DNA from: a virus
IMG/VR virus record: IMGVR_UViG_3300023174_000140
Location: 1-64,000 of that record
Length of the DNA stretch: 64,000 nucleotides
Direction: 5' to 3' (one strand)
Below are positions 55,274-64,000 of the stretch, one piece after another. Both the position numbers and the translations under genes were made by a program. Within the stretch, counting starts at the first letter, position 1. Every line of letters starts with the position of its first letter. The notes beneath the pieces were generated by a model. It saw nothing but the letters and a program-made list of their open reading frames with translations. It was not told the DNA's origin and did not search any database.

Positions 55274-56479
55274 ATGCCAAGAAATAGAATAATCTACAAT
55301 GTAGAAGGTTTATATGTTGCTCCATATAGCGGCGAGCAAAATGCAAGTTCTGATTATTACTTAGCTAATAATATTATTCTTAAAAGATTAGAGAAAATAC
55401 AAAATTTCAATTACTCAATCCAACAGCCCAGATTAAATGCTCAAGGTTTTGGGCAAAAACAAAATATATTTCGCGGAATTTCTGGACCACCAGAAGTAAC
55501 TTTTAATTTTTCGTATATTCCTGATGGTGTTACAAATGAAAATAGATTAAATTTCAATGTTAATCATTTTTCTGGATTTAATGCCCCAATGTTTTCTGGA
55601 TTATGCACTAATAGCGGATTACTAAATGATAGAGATTTTTATCTTGTAATAAACAAGAATGATGATGATTTATTTTCTGAAAACGCTACACTAACAAATT
55701 CTTTAATTAATCCAATTAATACTACTCAAATAATAAATTCAAATAGTCAAAATTATGGATTACTACATTTTCAAAATTCTTATCTCAATGAATATTCTTT
55801 TAATGTTTCGCTTGGAAATTTACCAATAGTAAATCAAAGTTACGTTGCTGATAATATAGTTTTTTATACTAGTGGATCTGGCGTAAAGTATACTTTATTA
55901 GATTTAAGATCTGGAATCAATCAAGTAAATAATAATACAATAATTATTCCAAAAGCTTTAAATTATAATCAAACTGCAATAAGTGGACAAAATATTCTTC
56001 TGCCAGGAGATGCAACTGTTAGTTTTTATACAAGTAATACTGGGGTTTTATTTTATACTGATACAATTCAAAGCTTAGATTATTCATTATCTTTTAATAG
56101 GAAATCTTATAGAGCAATTAATTATAAATTCCCATTATTGAGAAAAATAGAATTCCCAATTAATGGAAAATTAAATACAAGCTTTATTGTTGAAGAAAAT
56201 CTTGTTGGTTCATTTTTTGATACTTTAAATAGAGATGATGATTATAATGTTGTTGTTGATTTTAGTAATTCAAGAAAAGGAGTAGATAAAACAAAATTGA
56301 TTTTTAGTGGCTGTAAATTTACAAATATTAATTACGACTCTTCTATCGGAAGTAATAAAACTGCTACATTAAGCTTTGATTTTGATCTTGATCCAGATTT
56401 TGGAAGAAGAGGGTTATTTGTTAGTGGAAATGTGTTATATGGTGTTTTAAATAATCAAAAGAAAGTATTGATATTTTAA
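55274..56479 (+). CDS. putative tail tube/major tail-like protein
   Basis: beta-rich duplicated pattern IQ.(F/L).YS....R; context. Confidence 0.5.
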   Translation: MPRNRIIYNVEGLYVAPYSGEQNASSDYYLANNIILKRLEKIQNFNYSIQQPRLNAQGFGQKQNIFRGISGPPEVTFNFSYIPDGVTNENRLNFNVNHFSGFNAPMFSGLCTNSGLLNDRDFYLVINKNDDDLFSENATLTNSLINPINTTQIINSNSQNYGLLHFQNSYLNEYSFNVSLGNLPIVNQSYVADNIVFYTSGSGVKYTLLDLRSGINQVNNNTIIIPKALNYNQTAISGQNILLPGDATVSFYTSNTGVLFYTDTIQSLDYSLSFNRKSYRAINYKFPLLRKIEFPINGKLNTSFIVEENLVGSFFDTLNRDDDYNVVVDFSNSRKGVDKTKLIFSGCKFTNINYDSSIGSNKTATLSFDFDLDPDFGRRGLFVSGNVLYGVLNNQKKVLIF

Positions 56480-56511
56480 TTTTTAATATATATAATATAG
56501 TGTAATATCTT

Positions 56512-56796
56512 ATGAAAACTATGCTATCTAAAATATTTGGCCCTAATTGGAGATCTAGCTCGTCTGGCATAGCTACAGTTGTAGCAGTTTGTACTGCAAT
56601 AGCAATTCACTCTGACCCTTCATTAGTAGCATTTCTTCCAGATCAAGCAGAAGTTTATATTCTTGGAATTTCAAAATTAATAGCAGTTGTTTCTGGTATT
56701 ATTTTTGCATTAACAGTAAAAGATGCAGCAGTTACTGGTGGAACAGTAGCTCAAACAACTGAAGCAAAAGATAAAACAAATGGAGAAAATATATGA
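56512..56796 (+). CDS. holin-like two-TM protein
   Basis: NWRSS..G, two TMs, VKDA.VTGG; first gene of lysis-like cluster. Confidence 0.6.
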   Translation: MKTMLSKIFGPNWRSSSSGIATVVAVCTAIAIHSDPSLVAFLPDQAEVYILGISKLIAVVSGIIFALTVKDAAVTGGTVAQTTEAKDKTNGENI

Positions 56797-57242
56797 ATAA
56801 ATTACAATTAGTACTAGTTGCTCTTTTGAGCTTATTTCTTGGCGCTTGCGCCACAACACCAACTGGTAAGGTTGATCCAGCAACAAGTGTTTCAAATGCA
56901 CTTCCTTATGTAAAACCAGCAGTTGTATTAGCTTGCACAGTAGTTCTTGATCAAGCTCTTTCTCCATCAGATAGAATAGAAAAAGCTAAAATGATTAATC
57001 ATGTCGCAAGTATTGTCGAAGGGCTAACAGCTGGAACTGCTCCAACTCCAGCAGAATTACAAAAATCTCTAACTGATTATCTTCCAGAAGAAAAAACTCA
57101 TTGGGCAAATTATGTTACTGTAATCAAAGATCTTTATGCTCAACAATTCGCAAGGTTAGACGGCAATACAGCTTTAGCTATAAAGGTGCTTAACGCTATT
57201 GCATCTGGATGTAAAGATGCAACAGCAAGTTACGTAGAGTAA
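56793..57242 (+). CDS. lipoprotein
   Basis: signal peptide with LGAC lipobox. Confidence 0.75.
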   Translation: MNKLQLVLVALLSLFLGACATTPTGKVDPATSVSNALPYVKPAVVLACTVVLDQALSPSDRIEKAKMINHVASIVEGLTAGTAPTPAELQKSLTDYLPEEKTHWANYVTVIKDLYAQQFARLDGNTALAIKVLNAIASGCKDATASYVE

Positions 57243-57244
57243 TT

Positions 57245-57445
57245 ATGCCAACTGGAATACTGCAAGCATTACTCTCAGCAGTATCTGGAATATTCTCAGC
57301 AATTAATAATGTATTCGGAGCAAAGAATACAAAAGAAATGAAAGAGCGTCAAGAAGCTCAAAAAGAAGTTAACCATCAAAGCGAAATAGAAAAAGAAGTA
57401 CAGGAGAAAAATCTTGAAGAAATTCGTAAGCGCATTAGTTCTTAA
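57245..57445 (+). CDS. i-spanin-like protein
   Basis: hydrophobic N-terminus plus coiled coil, overlapped by a lipoprotein gene. Confidence 0.5.
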   Translation: MPTGILQALLSAVSGIFSAINNVFGAKNTKEMKERQEAQKEVNHQSEIEKEVQEKNLEEIRKRISS

Positions 57446-57830
57446 TCTTCTTATTGTTGGTTGCACGACCGTAACACCAAATAAAATACAAGATGATAAA
57501 TCATCCTATGACGCAACTACTCCAAAACAATACGATAAAGATAATGGCGGATTAATTTCTTTTATTGGAGATGATGCATTAATTACAAAACAGGCTAGAG
57601 ATAGATATAATAATCTTGTTGAAATGTATAAGATCAAATTTAAAAAAGAAAAAGCAATAGAACTAAAAATAGATTCTGGCATTAAACCTTATAAAGATAA
57701 TTTTAATAATGAACTATATCTTATTGATAGTGAACATCTTGTTTATTTTGGAGTTTTAAACTCTTGGTTAAAAGAAAAAGTTCCTCAAGATAATATCATA
57801 GACAAGACCATAGATAAAATAAATAATTAA
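57414..57830 (+). CDS. o-spanin-like lipoprotein
   Basis: IVGC lipobox, overlaps preceding gene. Confidence 0.55.
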   Translation: MKKFVSALVLNLLIVGCTTVTPNKIQDDKSSYDATTPKQYDKDNGGLISFIGDDALITKQARDRYNNLVEMYKIKFKKEKAIELKIDSGIKPYKDNFNNELYLIDSEHLVYFGVLNSWLKEKVPQDNIIDKTIDKINN

Positions 57831-57835
57831 ATTAT

Positions 57836-59122
57836 ATGCCTAGCACTACTTATTCGTATGATGCAGGAACAGACTCTTATTTTGTAACTGGTGGCTGTGG
57901 TGATGCTACCATAACTATACCAGATACACATGATGATGGAAGTAATGGGCCTCATCCAGTAACAAAAATTAATGCCAGCGCTTTTCTAAGCTGCACAAGT
58001 TTAGTAACTCTTATAATAGGCAATAACGTAACAACAATTGGAGCTTCTGCTTTTAAAAGTTGTAGTAATTTAACTTCAGTTACATTTCCTACAAGCAGTT
58101 TAACAACAATTGGTAGTAGTGCGTTTTGGGGATCTGGATTGACTAGCGTAGTTATTCCAAATTCTGTAACAAGTATGTCAGATAGTATATTTGTAGATTG
58201 CATTAATTTGGCTAGTGCTACTTTACCAATTAATGGAACGATAAATACCGTTCCTCAAGGAACATTTGTAAATTGCACATCACTAATATCAATAACTATA
58301 CCTTCAAATTATACAATAATTGGAACAGATGCATTTACTATATCGGGTTTGCAAACAGTAGTATTAAATGAAGGATTATTAGATATTAGAACTCAAGCTT
58401 TTTATGGGTGTAGATCTTTAAGAGGTACTTTAACTATTCCTAATAGCGTAATAATTATTCGCGCTAGAGCATTTGAAAAAACAGGAGCAGCTCCATCTGG
58501 ATCAAATGAATTTAATGTGGTAATTGGCTCAGGAGCAATAAATCTTCAGTCTCATTGTTTTTATCAAAGTTATGCTAAAAGTTTTACTTTTATTCCAGGA
58601 AATTTAATAACAATTGGTCCTGGAGTTTTTTATGGTTGTATTTATTTAACAAATTTATCTATTCCAAATTCTGTAACTACTATAAATCCATATAGTATAG
58701 ATCCAAATGGTTATGCTTATACAGATGCACCATTTACTGCAACTACTTTAAAAAATTTAACTATTGGAGATGGATTAGCTATAAGTAACCACGTTACTTT
58801 TTCTCAAATATTTGTTGGAGCAAATATATCAAATTTAATACTTGGAAAAAGAATAACTGCTGTTCAAAATACTTCATTCAGTGAGTCTGGAGTTACATTT
58901 AGAAATAATTTAAAATCTATAACTTTTCAAGCAACAATGAGTTCGCTGGGAGCATCTACTTTTGGACAAGCTGGTGGGCCAAGCATGTTTAATTTAACTG
59001 AAATTTTTTTTAATGACTTTACCACTCCATTTAGTTTTGGCGCAGGAATGTTTGATTATCTTGATTATAATGTAAAAGTTTATATTAAACCAAAACAAAA
59101 CTTAAGGATACTTAAAAAATGA
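57836..59122 (+). CDS. BspA-type leucine-rich repeat protein (LRR_5)
   Basis: repeats VTTIG.SAF..C..LTSV.IP.SV. Confidence 0.9.
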   Translation: MPSTTYSYDAGTDSYFVTGGCGDATITIPDTHDDGSNGPHPVTKINASAFLSCTSLVTLIIGNNVTTIGASAFKSCSNLTSVTFPTSSLTTIGSSAFWGSGLTSVVIPNSVTSMSDSIFVDCINLASATLPINGTINTVPQGTFVNCTSLISITIPSNYTIIGTDAFTISGLQTVVLNEGLLDIRTQAFYGCRSLRGTLTIPNSVIIIRARAFEKTGAAPSGSNEFNVVIGSGAINLQSHCFYQSYAKSFTFIPGNLITIGPGVFYGCIYLTNLSIPNSVTTINPYSIDPNGYAYTDAPFTATTLKNLTIGDGLAISNHVTFSQIFVGANISNLILGKRITAVQNTSFSESGVTFRNNLKSITFQATMSSLGASTFGQAGGPSMFNLTEIFFNDFTTPFSFGAGMFDYLDYNVKVYIKPKQNLRILKK

Positions 59123-60123
59123 AAAATATTTCAATTACTCATAAAGGTTTAGGAAAAATTAGTGCGAAAAATTTTGCAGATTCTATAAGCTATAATGGTC
59201 CAAATTTAATAAAAAATCCTAATTTTGATCAAGATAATTATTATCCTTACGATGGATATGATAATAATTATTACGGGAATACTGTTGATGGTTCAGTTAT
59301 TATGTCTAAATATTTGCATAATTCTCCATTAAGATATGACGCTGGAACTTATGCAACATTATTTCGTAAAACTTTTCATGTAGCAAAACCACCATATGAT
59401 CAATTACCATATGACTCACCATTACAAAAAAGATTCATGAAAATTTTACCAGTTGGATATAGGTATCCATTAATAAACACAGATCTTGGATTAATAAGAA
59501 CTATTTCAAGTGTATTTTCTCCAGCAAATGGAGCAGGAAATACAGATTTAACAAGTTGGGTGAAATATTCATCAGAAACAATGGGATCGCAAACTTTTAG
59601 CCGTGGAGGATCAAAGTTACCTATATCAATTCCAGCAGAAGCAACAACTGTTAATTTTGGATGCTCTGTTAGAATAGCGAAAAATGATCAATTAAGACCT
59701 AAAAATTTTGGTGGAATATTTATTAATTTTAAAAAATCAACTTATAGAAGTTATGTAAATTATATTGCAGTATGTGGAAACGAAGTTCCAACACTTCTAG
59801 GAGATAACAATCCATACACAACGTTTGATGCAGATTCTGATTCTAATGCAATGTCTCAATGGTTAGGACCAAATACATCAAAAGCAAAAGTAAAAAAATT
59901 ATCTCAAACCGTTCAAGATGATACTTATGATAGTTGGAGAATTATAAATGGATCTGCTACAATACCAACTTTCTCTACAGCAGGTAACGATGCAACAAAT
60001 GGTAGAGCAGAGTATGTATCTTTGCATATGTATTTCGCAGAAAGTTTTGTTTATTTAAATAATAATGATGGCGTTGAAACTGGCGCAATGTTCTTTTATA
60101 ATCCTTATCTTTATTTTAGTTAA
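59119..60123 (+). CDS. putative carbohydrate-binding-like structural protein
   Basis: NLIKNPNF motif; beta-rich. Confidence 0.5.
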   Translation: MKNISITHKGLGKISAKNFADSISYNGPNLIKNPNFDQDNYYPYDGYDNNYYGNTVDGSVIMSKYLHNSPLRYDAGTYATLFRKTFHVAKPPYDQLPYDSPLQKRFMKILPVGYRYPLINTDLGLIRTISSVFSPANGAGNTDLTSWVKYSSETMGSQTFSRGGSKLPISIPAEATTVNFGCSVRIAKNDQLRPKNFGGIFINFKKSTYRSYVNYIAVCGNEVPTLLGDNNPYTTFDADSDSNAMSQWLGPNTSKAKVKKLSQTVQDDTYDSWRIINGSATIPTFSTAGNDATNGRAEYVSLHMYFAESFVYLNNNDGVETGAMFFYNPYLYFS

Positions 60124-60145
60124 AAATCGTGTAATTTAATATACA

Positions 60146-60370
60146 ATGAAAACAAAAGATTTCCCAGCAGATTTCATAGCATCTCTAGCTGATTATGTTA
60201 CAAATGCTGGGCCTGGATATGGTAATGGATTTGTAATGGATACATCTTATGTTCCAGCAACTTCTACATCTCCAGGAACAGCAGGACAAATTACTGCAGA
60301 TAGTCAATATCTTTATTTTTGCAAAGCTACTAATCTATGGGTTAGAACAGCTCTAGCTGAATGGGAATAA
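60146..60370 (+). CDS. small fibre-module protein
   Basis: SPGTAGQITADSQYLYFCKATNLWVRTALAEW. Confidence 0.7.
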   Translation: MKTKDFPADFIASLADYVTNAGPGYGNGFVMDTSYVPATSTSPGTAGQITADSQYLYFCKATNLWVRTALAEWE

Positions 60371-60371
60371 A

Positions 60372-60647
60372 ATGGGCGAAATTTCTTTTTCTTATAATCA
60401 AGCTAAATCAAATCAACTTTTGATTTCTAAAGAAAAAGAAGGATTAGGATATTTATCTACTTTTTTTCCAACAACTCTTGCACCTTCACCAGAAGGTGGA
60501 CTTTTAAATTTATATGATTATAGTTCATATTATCCTACTACCGTATCATCTCTAGGCTCAAGTGGACAATTAGCTTCAGATGGTGGTTTCATTTATTATG
60601 GTGCTGGAACTAATCATTGGATAAGAGTTTCTATGGCTGAATGGTAA
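60372..60647 (+). CDS. small fibre-module protein
   Basis: SLGSSGQLASDGGFIYYGAGTNHWIRVSMAEW. Confidence 0.65.
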   Translation: MGEISFSYNQAKSNQLLISKEKEGLGYLSTFFPTTLAPSPEGGLLNLYDYSSYYPTTVSSLGSSGQLASDGGFIYYGAGTNHWIRVSMAEW

Positions 60648-60656
60648 AATAATAAA

Positions 60657-61283
60657 ATGCTCTCAAAAAAATCCTTAGATCTTATATTAGAGTTTGAAGT
60701 TGGAGGTGGTGAAAACTATTATAATAAATTTTTAAAAAATCCAACTTGGCCCGAAGGTCAAAGTGGAGTTACAATTGGGGTAGGTTACGATTTGGGTTAT
60801 GTTAATAAAGCAGAATTTAGCGAAGATTGGAAAGATCTTCCTAAAGAAGTTTTTGATAGATTATATAAAGTTGTTGGCATCAAAGGATATAACGCTAAGA
60901 ATCTTGTTAGAGGATTAAAAGATATTAGTATTCCTTGGGATCTTGCATTAAAAGTTTTTAATAATAAAACAGTAACAAAGTTCTGGAATTTAACAAAACA
61001 AACTTTTCCTAATTTTGATAATCTTCCAGAAGATGCAAAAGGTGGTTTAGTTAGCCTTGTATTTAACAGAGGAAACGCATTAGAAGGTGATCGCCGCCGA
61101 GAAATGAAATTAATAAGAGATGGAATGGCAATAACAACTACTTTTGATCAAAAAGCATTATCTTTTATAGCTAATCAAATAAGAAATATGAAAAGAATAT
61201 GGATTGGTGGTAGTATTGAAAAAGGAATGAGTAGAAGACGAGATGCAGAAGCAAATTTAATAGAAAATTCATTAAATAATTAA
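60657..61283 (+). CDS. endolysin, T4-lysozyme/pesticin-like muramidase
   Basis: LILEFEVGG, WP.G.SGVTIGVGYDLG, LVSLVFNRG, G..RRR..EA. Confidence 0.85.
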   Translation: MLSKKSLDLILEFEVGGGENYYNKFLKNPTWPEGQSGVTIGVGYDLGYVNKAEFSEDWKDLPKEVFDRLYKVVGIKGYNAKNLVRGLKDISIPWDLALKVFNNKTVTKFWNLTKQTFPNFDNLPEDAKGGLVSLVFNRGNALEGDRRREMKLIRDGMAITTTFDQKALSFIANQIRNMKRIWIGGSIEKGMSRRRDAEANLIENSLNN

Positions 61284-61331
61284 AATTAATTAAAAATATA
61301 TGCCCTTTTTGTGTATATTATATATAAGAAT

Positions 61332-61925
61332 ATGAATTACAATTCTGAACAATATGGCTTTGATTTGATTAAAGCTAAAAGATCTGGTCCAAAGTCATCT
61401 GCCCAAACACCATCAAAACCCTCAGAAAGAAAAAAGGGCTCTTCTCGCAATAAGCCTGGAAGCGCAGGAACAAAGAGTGACAAAGCAATTGAATTTTCAA
61501 AAAAAGTTATTGAAGCACTAAAAAATAAAGTAAAAGAACATAATAGTAAAAATAAAAAGAAAGTAACCCTAGGTCAATTAAAAAAAGTATATCGTCGTGG
61601 CGCTGGAGCTTTTTCATCTTCTCATAGACCAGGAAAGACTCGTGGTCAATGGGCGATGGCTAGAGTAAATATGTTCATTAGAATGGTAAGTGGTAAACCT
61701 GTAAAAGATGCATATCGTAAAGCTGATAGCGATATCGCTCGTGCCTCATTTAATGATTATACTATTGAAGCTGCATTTGAACCCAATGAAGAAGACTTCT
61801 TGCAAGCAGATGAGGACATTAAAAATTTTGATTTAAATGATTTTGATTTTAATAGTGCTGAAGAATTATATCTAGAAGATGAAGATGATGGTGTAATTAT
61901 TTACGGACTAGGTAATAATATATAA
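61332..61925 (+). CDS. DUF5824-like basic protein
   Basis: LKKVYRRGAGAF..SHRPG....QWAMARVN.F. Confidence 0.6.
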   Translation: MNYNSEQYGFDLIKAKRSGPKSSAQTPSKPSERKKGSSRNKPGSAGTKSDKAIEFSKKVIEALKNKVKEHNSKNKKKVTLGQLKKVYRRGAGAFSSSHRPGKTRGQWAMARVNMFIRMVSGKPVKDAYRKADSDIARASFNDYTIEAAFEPNEEDFLQADEDIKNFDLNDFDFNSAEELYLEDEDDGVIIYGLGNNI

Positions 61926-61928
61926 AAT

Positions 61929-63464
61929 ATGAATTTTGAATTCACAACCACATTTGCAAATTTACAAATTAAACCACTAGTTAGTGAAGAGAAGGATAAA
62001 TATCTTTCTCTTGCTTCTATTGATAGTTTAAAGAAATTTTTACCAGAAATTAATACAGAAAAAAATGTAGATCTTCTTCCTATAGCTTTTGATGCATGTG
62101 TAGTTAATAGAGTTAATAAAAATGGCGATGTAGTAAATTCATTAACTGCAGGAGAGATGCTTAAAGACTTTATAAATAAACCAATTAATGTTGAACACGA
62201 CAGAACAAAAGTAGTTGGTTGTATATTAACTGCTAGTTTTAGTAAATTTGGTACAAATGAAGTTCTTGCCGAAGATCAAGTAAAAGATATGAAAGAGCCA
62301 TTTTATATTACTCTTGGCGGAGTAATCTGGAAAATTATTAATCCTCAATTATCAAATCTAATAGAAGAAAGCAATGATCCTTCTAGTGAAAATTATATGA
62401 ACGTAAGTGCTAGTTGGGAGCTTGGATTTAATGAATACGATTTAGTTCTTATTAATGATAATAATAAAAACTTAGAAAATGCTAAATTTGTAACTGATGA
62501 AAAAGAAAAAGACAAATTAAAGAAAAATTTAAAAGCTTTTGGTGGTTCTGGTAAAATAGACAAAAATACATCTATTTATCGCCAAGTACTAGGAAATGTT
62601 ATTCCACTAGGGATAGGATTAACAGCTAATCCAGCTGCTGATGTACAAGGAGTGGCTACCAAAGATGAACAAAGTTTAGAAGTTGAAATTTCTAAACCAG
62701 AGGAAAATGACCAAATGTCAGATTCTTCTGATATTAATTGTGAAAATAATATTTCACAAGACGAAGAAAATACTGTAAATGAAGAAGGAGTTATAAACAG
62801 AATAATTATGAAAATAGAAAATATTAATCAAATAACCGATGAGCTTTTGAAGCAAGTAACTGCTTCTAGCGTTTCCGATTTTATTCAAGAGGAACTTAAA
62901 AAAGCCTCTGAAGCTTTCACAGCTGAAAAGAATGAAAAAGATCTTGCTATCAAAGCTACTCAAGAAAAATACGAAGCACTATCTACTGAAAGTGAAAAAG
63001 TAAAAGAAGAACTAAAAAAAGTAAAAGCTTCTCTTGCTAAACTTGAAGAAGAAAAAGTTGCTAAAGCTCAAGAAGAAGCCTTCAATTTAAGAATGGCTGC
63101 TTTTGACGAAGAATTTGACCTTTCTGATGAAGATCGTCAAGTTATCGCAACTGATATCAAAGATTTAAACGATGAATCTTTTGCTGCTTATAAAAATAAG
63201 ATGGCAGTTCTTATGAAAGAAAAAAATAAAGCTGCTAAAAAAGCAAAAGAAGAAGAAATGAAAAAAAGTAAAGCTTCCGAAGTTAAAGAAGAAATTAAAG
63301 CTTCAACATCTTCAGAACAATCTGCAACCGAAGTTGTAGATGAAGTTCTCGACAATTCTAACGTTGAGAAGAATTCAATCCCAAATTCAACAACAGCCGC
63401 TGAACTTTCGCTACGTGAAAAATATAGCAAAGCTTTCGGTTTTGAAGGATTTGATATTAAATAA
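61929..63464 (+). CDS. prohead protease-scaffold fusion
   Basis: N.NGD, INVEH, VVG, ASWE, GIGLT.NPA protease-like motifs followed by long E/K coiled coil. Confidence 0.7.
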   Translation: MNFEFTTTFANLQIKPLVSEEKDKYLSLASIDSLKKFLPEINTEKNVDLLPIAFDACVVNRVNKNGDVVNSLTAGEMLKDFINKPINVEHDRTKVVGCILTASFSKFGTNEVLAEDQVKDMKEPFYITLGGVIWKIINPQLSNLIEESNDPSSENYMNVSASWELGFNEYDLVLINDNNKNLENAKFVTDEKEKDKLKKNLKAFGGSGKIDKNTSIYRQVLGNVIPLGIGLTANPAADVQGVATKDEQSLEVEISKPEENDQMSDSSDINCENNISQDEENTVNEEGVINRIIMKIENINQITDELLKQVTASSVSDFIQEELKKASEAFTAEKNEKDLAIKATQEKYEALSTESEKVKEELKKVKASLAKLEEEKVAKAQEEAFNLRMAAFDEEFDLSDEDRQVIATDIKDLNDESFAAYKNKMAVLMKEKNKAAKKAKEEEMKKSKASEVKEEIKASTSSEQSATEVVDEVLDNSNVEKNSIPNSTTAAELSLREKYSKAFGFEGFDIK

Positions 63465-63485
63465 TAAACAAGGAGAAATAAATAT

Positions 63486-64000
63486 ATGGCATTTACATTA
63501 AGACCATTAAGAGACTACAGTGAGCATGATGTAGTCAACTTCTTTGCCGTTCAAGCAGATCAAGACGCCAATGGCGTTATTGCTCTAGCAGGCACAGTAG
63601 TTAAAGTCACAGGAAACGGTTTTCAACCAGTTGTAGCTTCTACAACTCCAGGTGGAACAGGATTTCTTGGAACAGTACCAGTTGATTTAGGCGCCAGTCT
63701 TGGAGTTCCAGGACTAAGCAACGTCGTTTCTAACCGTTATACTGTAAACGCAAAAGTTGCACCAGCTGTTCGCAGTGATGCAGCACCACTAGGAATTACC
63801 CTAATGAGCACTCAAGAGCTTGATGAAAATGGTGAAAAACTAATTTTCAAACCTCGCAAAGCTGCCGAAAAGGGAGTAGCCATCAGTGGTCAAGCAGTAC
63901 CAGTTCTAACTAAAGGCGTAGTAGTTTATAGTGGAACTAATATTGCTAATACAGCCAATGTTGGCGATGGAGTTTATGTATCAACAAGTGCTGGCGAATT
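63486..64000 (+). CDS. capsid decoration/cement-like protein (3' partial)
   Basis: AAGGAG SD; MAFTLRPLRDYSEHDVVNFF...DENGEKL...SGQAVPVLTKG; open to window end; follows scaffold. Confidence 0.55.
   Translation, partial: MAFTLRPLRDYSEHDVVNFFAVQADQDANGVIALAGTVVKVTGNGFQPVVASTTPGGTGFLGTVPVDLGASLGVPGLSNVVSNRYTVNAKVAPAVRSDAAPLGITLMSTQELDENGEKLIFKPRKAAEKGVAISGQAVPVLTKGVVVYSGTNIANTANVGDGVYVSTSAGE

Noticed and set aside
40873-60647. Diversity-generating retroelement acting on adhesins
   Set aside because: No reverse transcriptase and no adenine-specific TR/VR pair noticed in the window
1-64000. Stop-codon reassignment
   Set aside because: Long conserved genes (terL, portal, phoH) are intact in the standard code and no suppressor tRNA was found; the TCT anticodon loop is correctly centred as Arg, not CTA

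Overview
A 64 kb AT-rich segment of a large tailed dsDNA phage, read in the standard genetic code. The host is inferred to be PVC-superphylum, probably Verrucomicrobia, from a PEP-CTERM/autotransporter-repeat gene and a DUF4032-like microprotein. (1) 1-20.7 kb: dense early/accessory genes (rIIB, RuvB-like, OGG-type glycosylase, deaminase, 3D-domain protein, MazG, DUF6878/DUF6915), tRNA-Asp and three promoter-driven structured non-coding RNA candidates. Many genes sit behind a TTGACA-N16-TAnnnT-N6-ATG promoter, implying leaderless mRNA. (2) 20.7-31.5 kb: a GC-richer island of short cassettes (DUF932, ArdC-like, Gp88-like, SleB-like, duplicated paralogues), four tRNAs and a fourth ncRNA candidate. 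It is punctuated by nine copies plus half-copies of a 77-bp element: two 29-bp palindromes of IHF-consensus half-sites with an invariant 19-bp spacer. Where a -35 box is adjacent, the gap is usually 4-5 or 14 bp. (3) 31.9-64 kb: late/morphogenesis region (PhoH, PEP-CTERM protein, ferritin-like, Zn-insert sigma factor, ERCC4 nuclease, terminase, portal, fibre/tail proteins, lysis genes, prohead protease-scaffold), with a recurring GTGTAA-N8-ATG late-promoter motif. The most novel-looking items are the phased double-palindrome cassette array, the large pseudoknotted ncRNAs, the V-arm tRNA-Ile(UAU), and the sigma/GTGTAA leaderless late programme. All family calls come from motif recognition by eye, not database searches.
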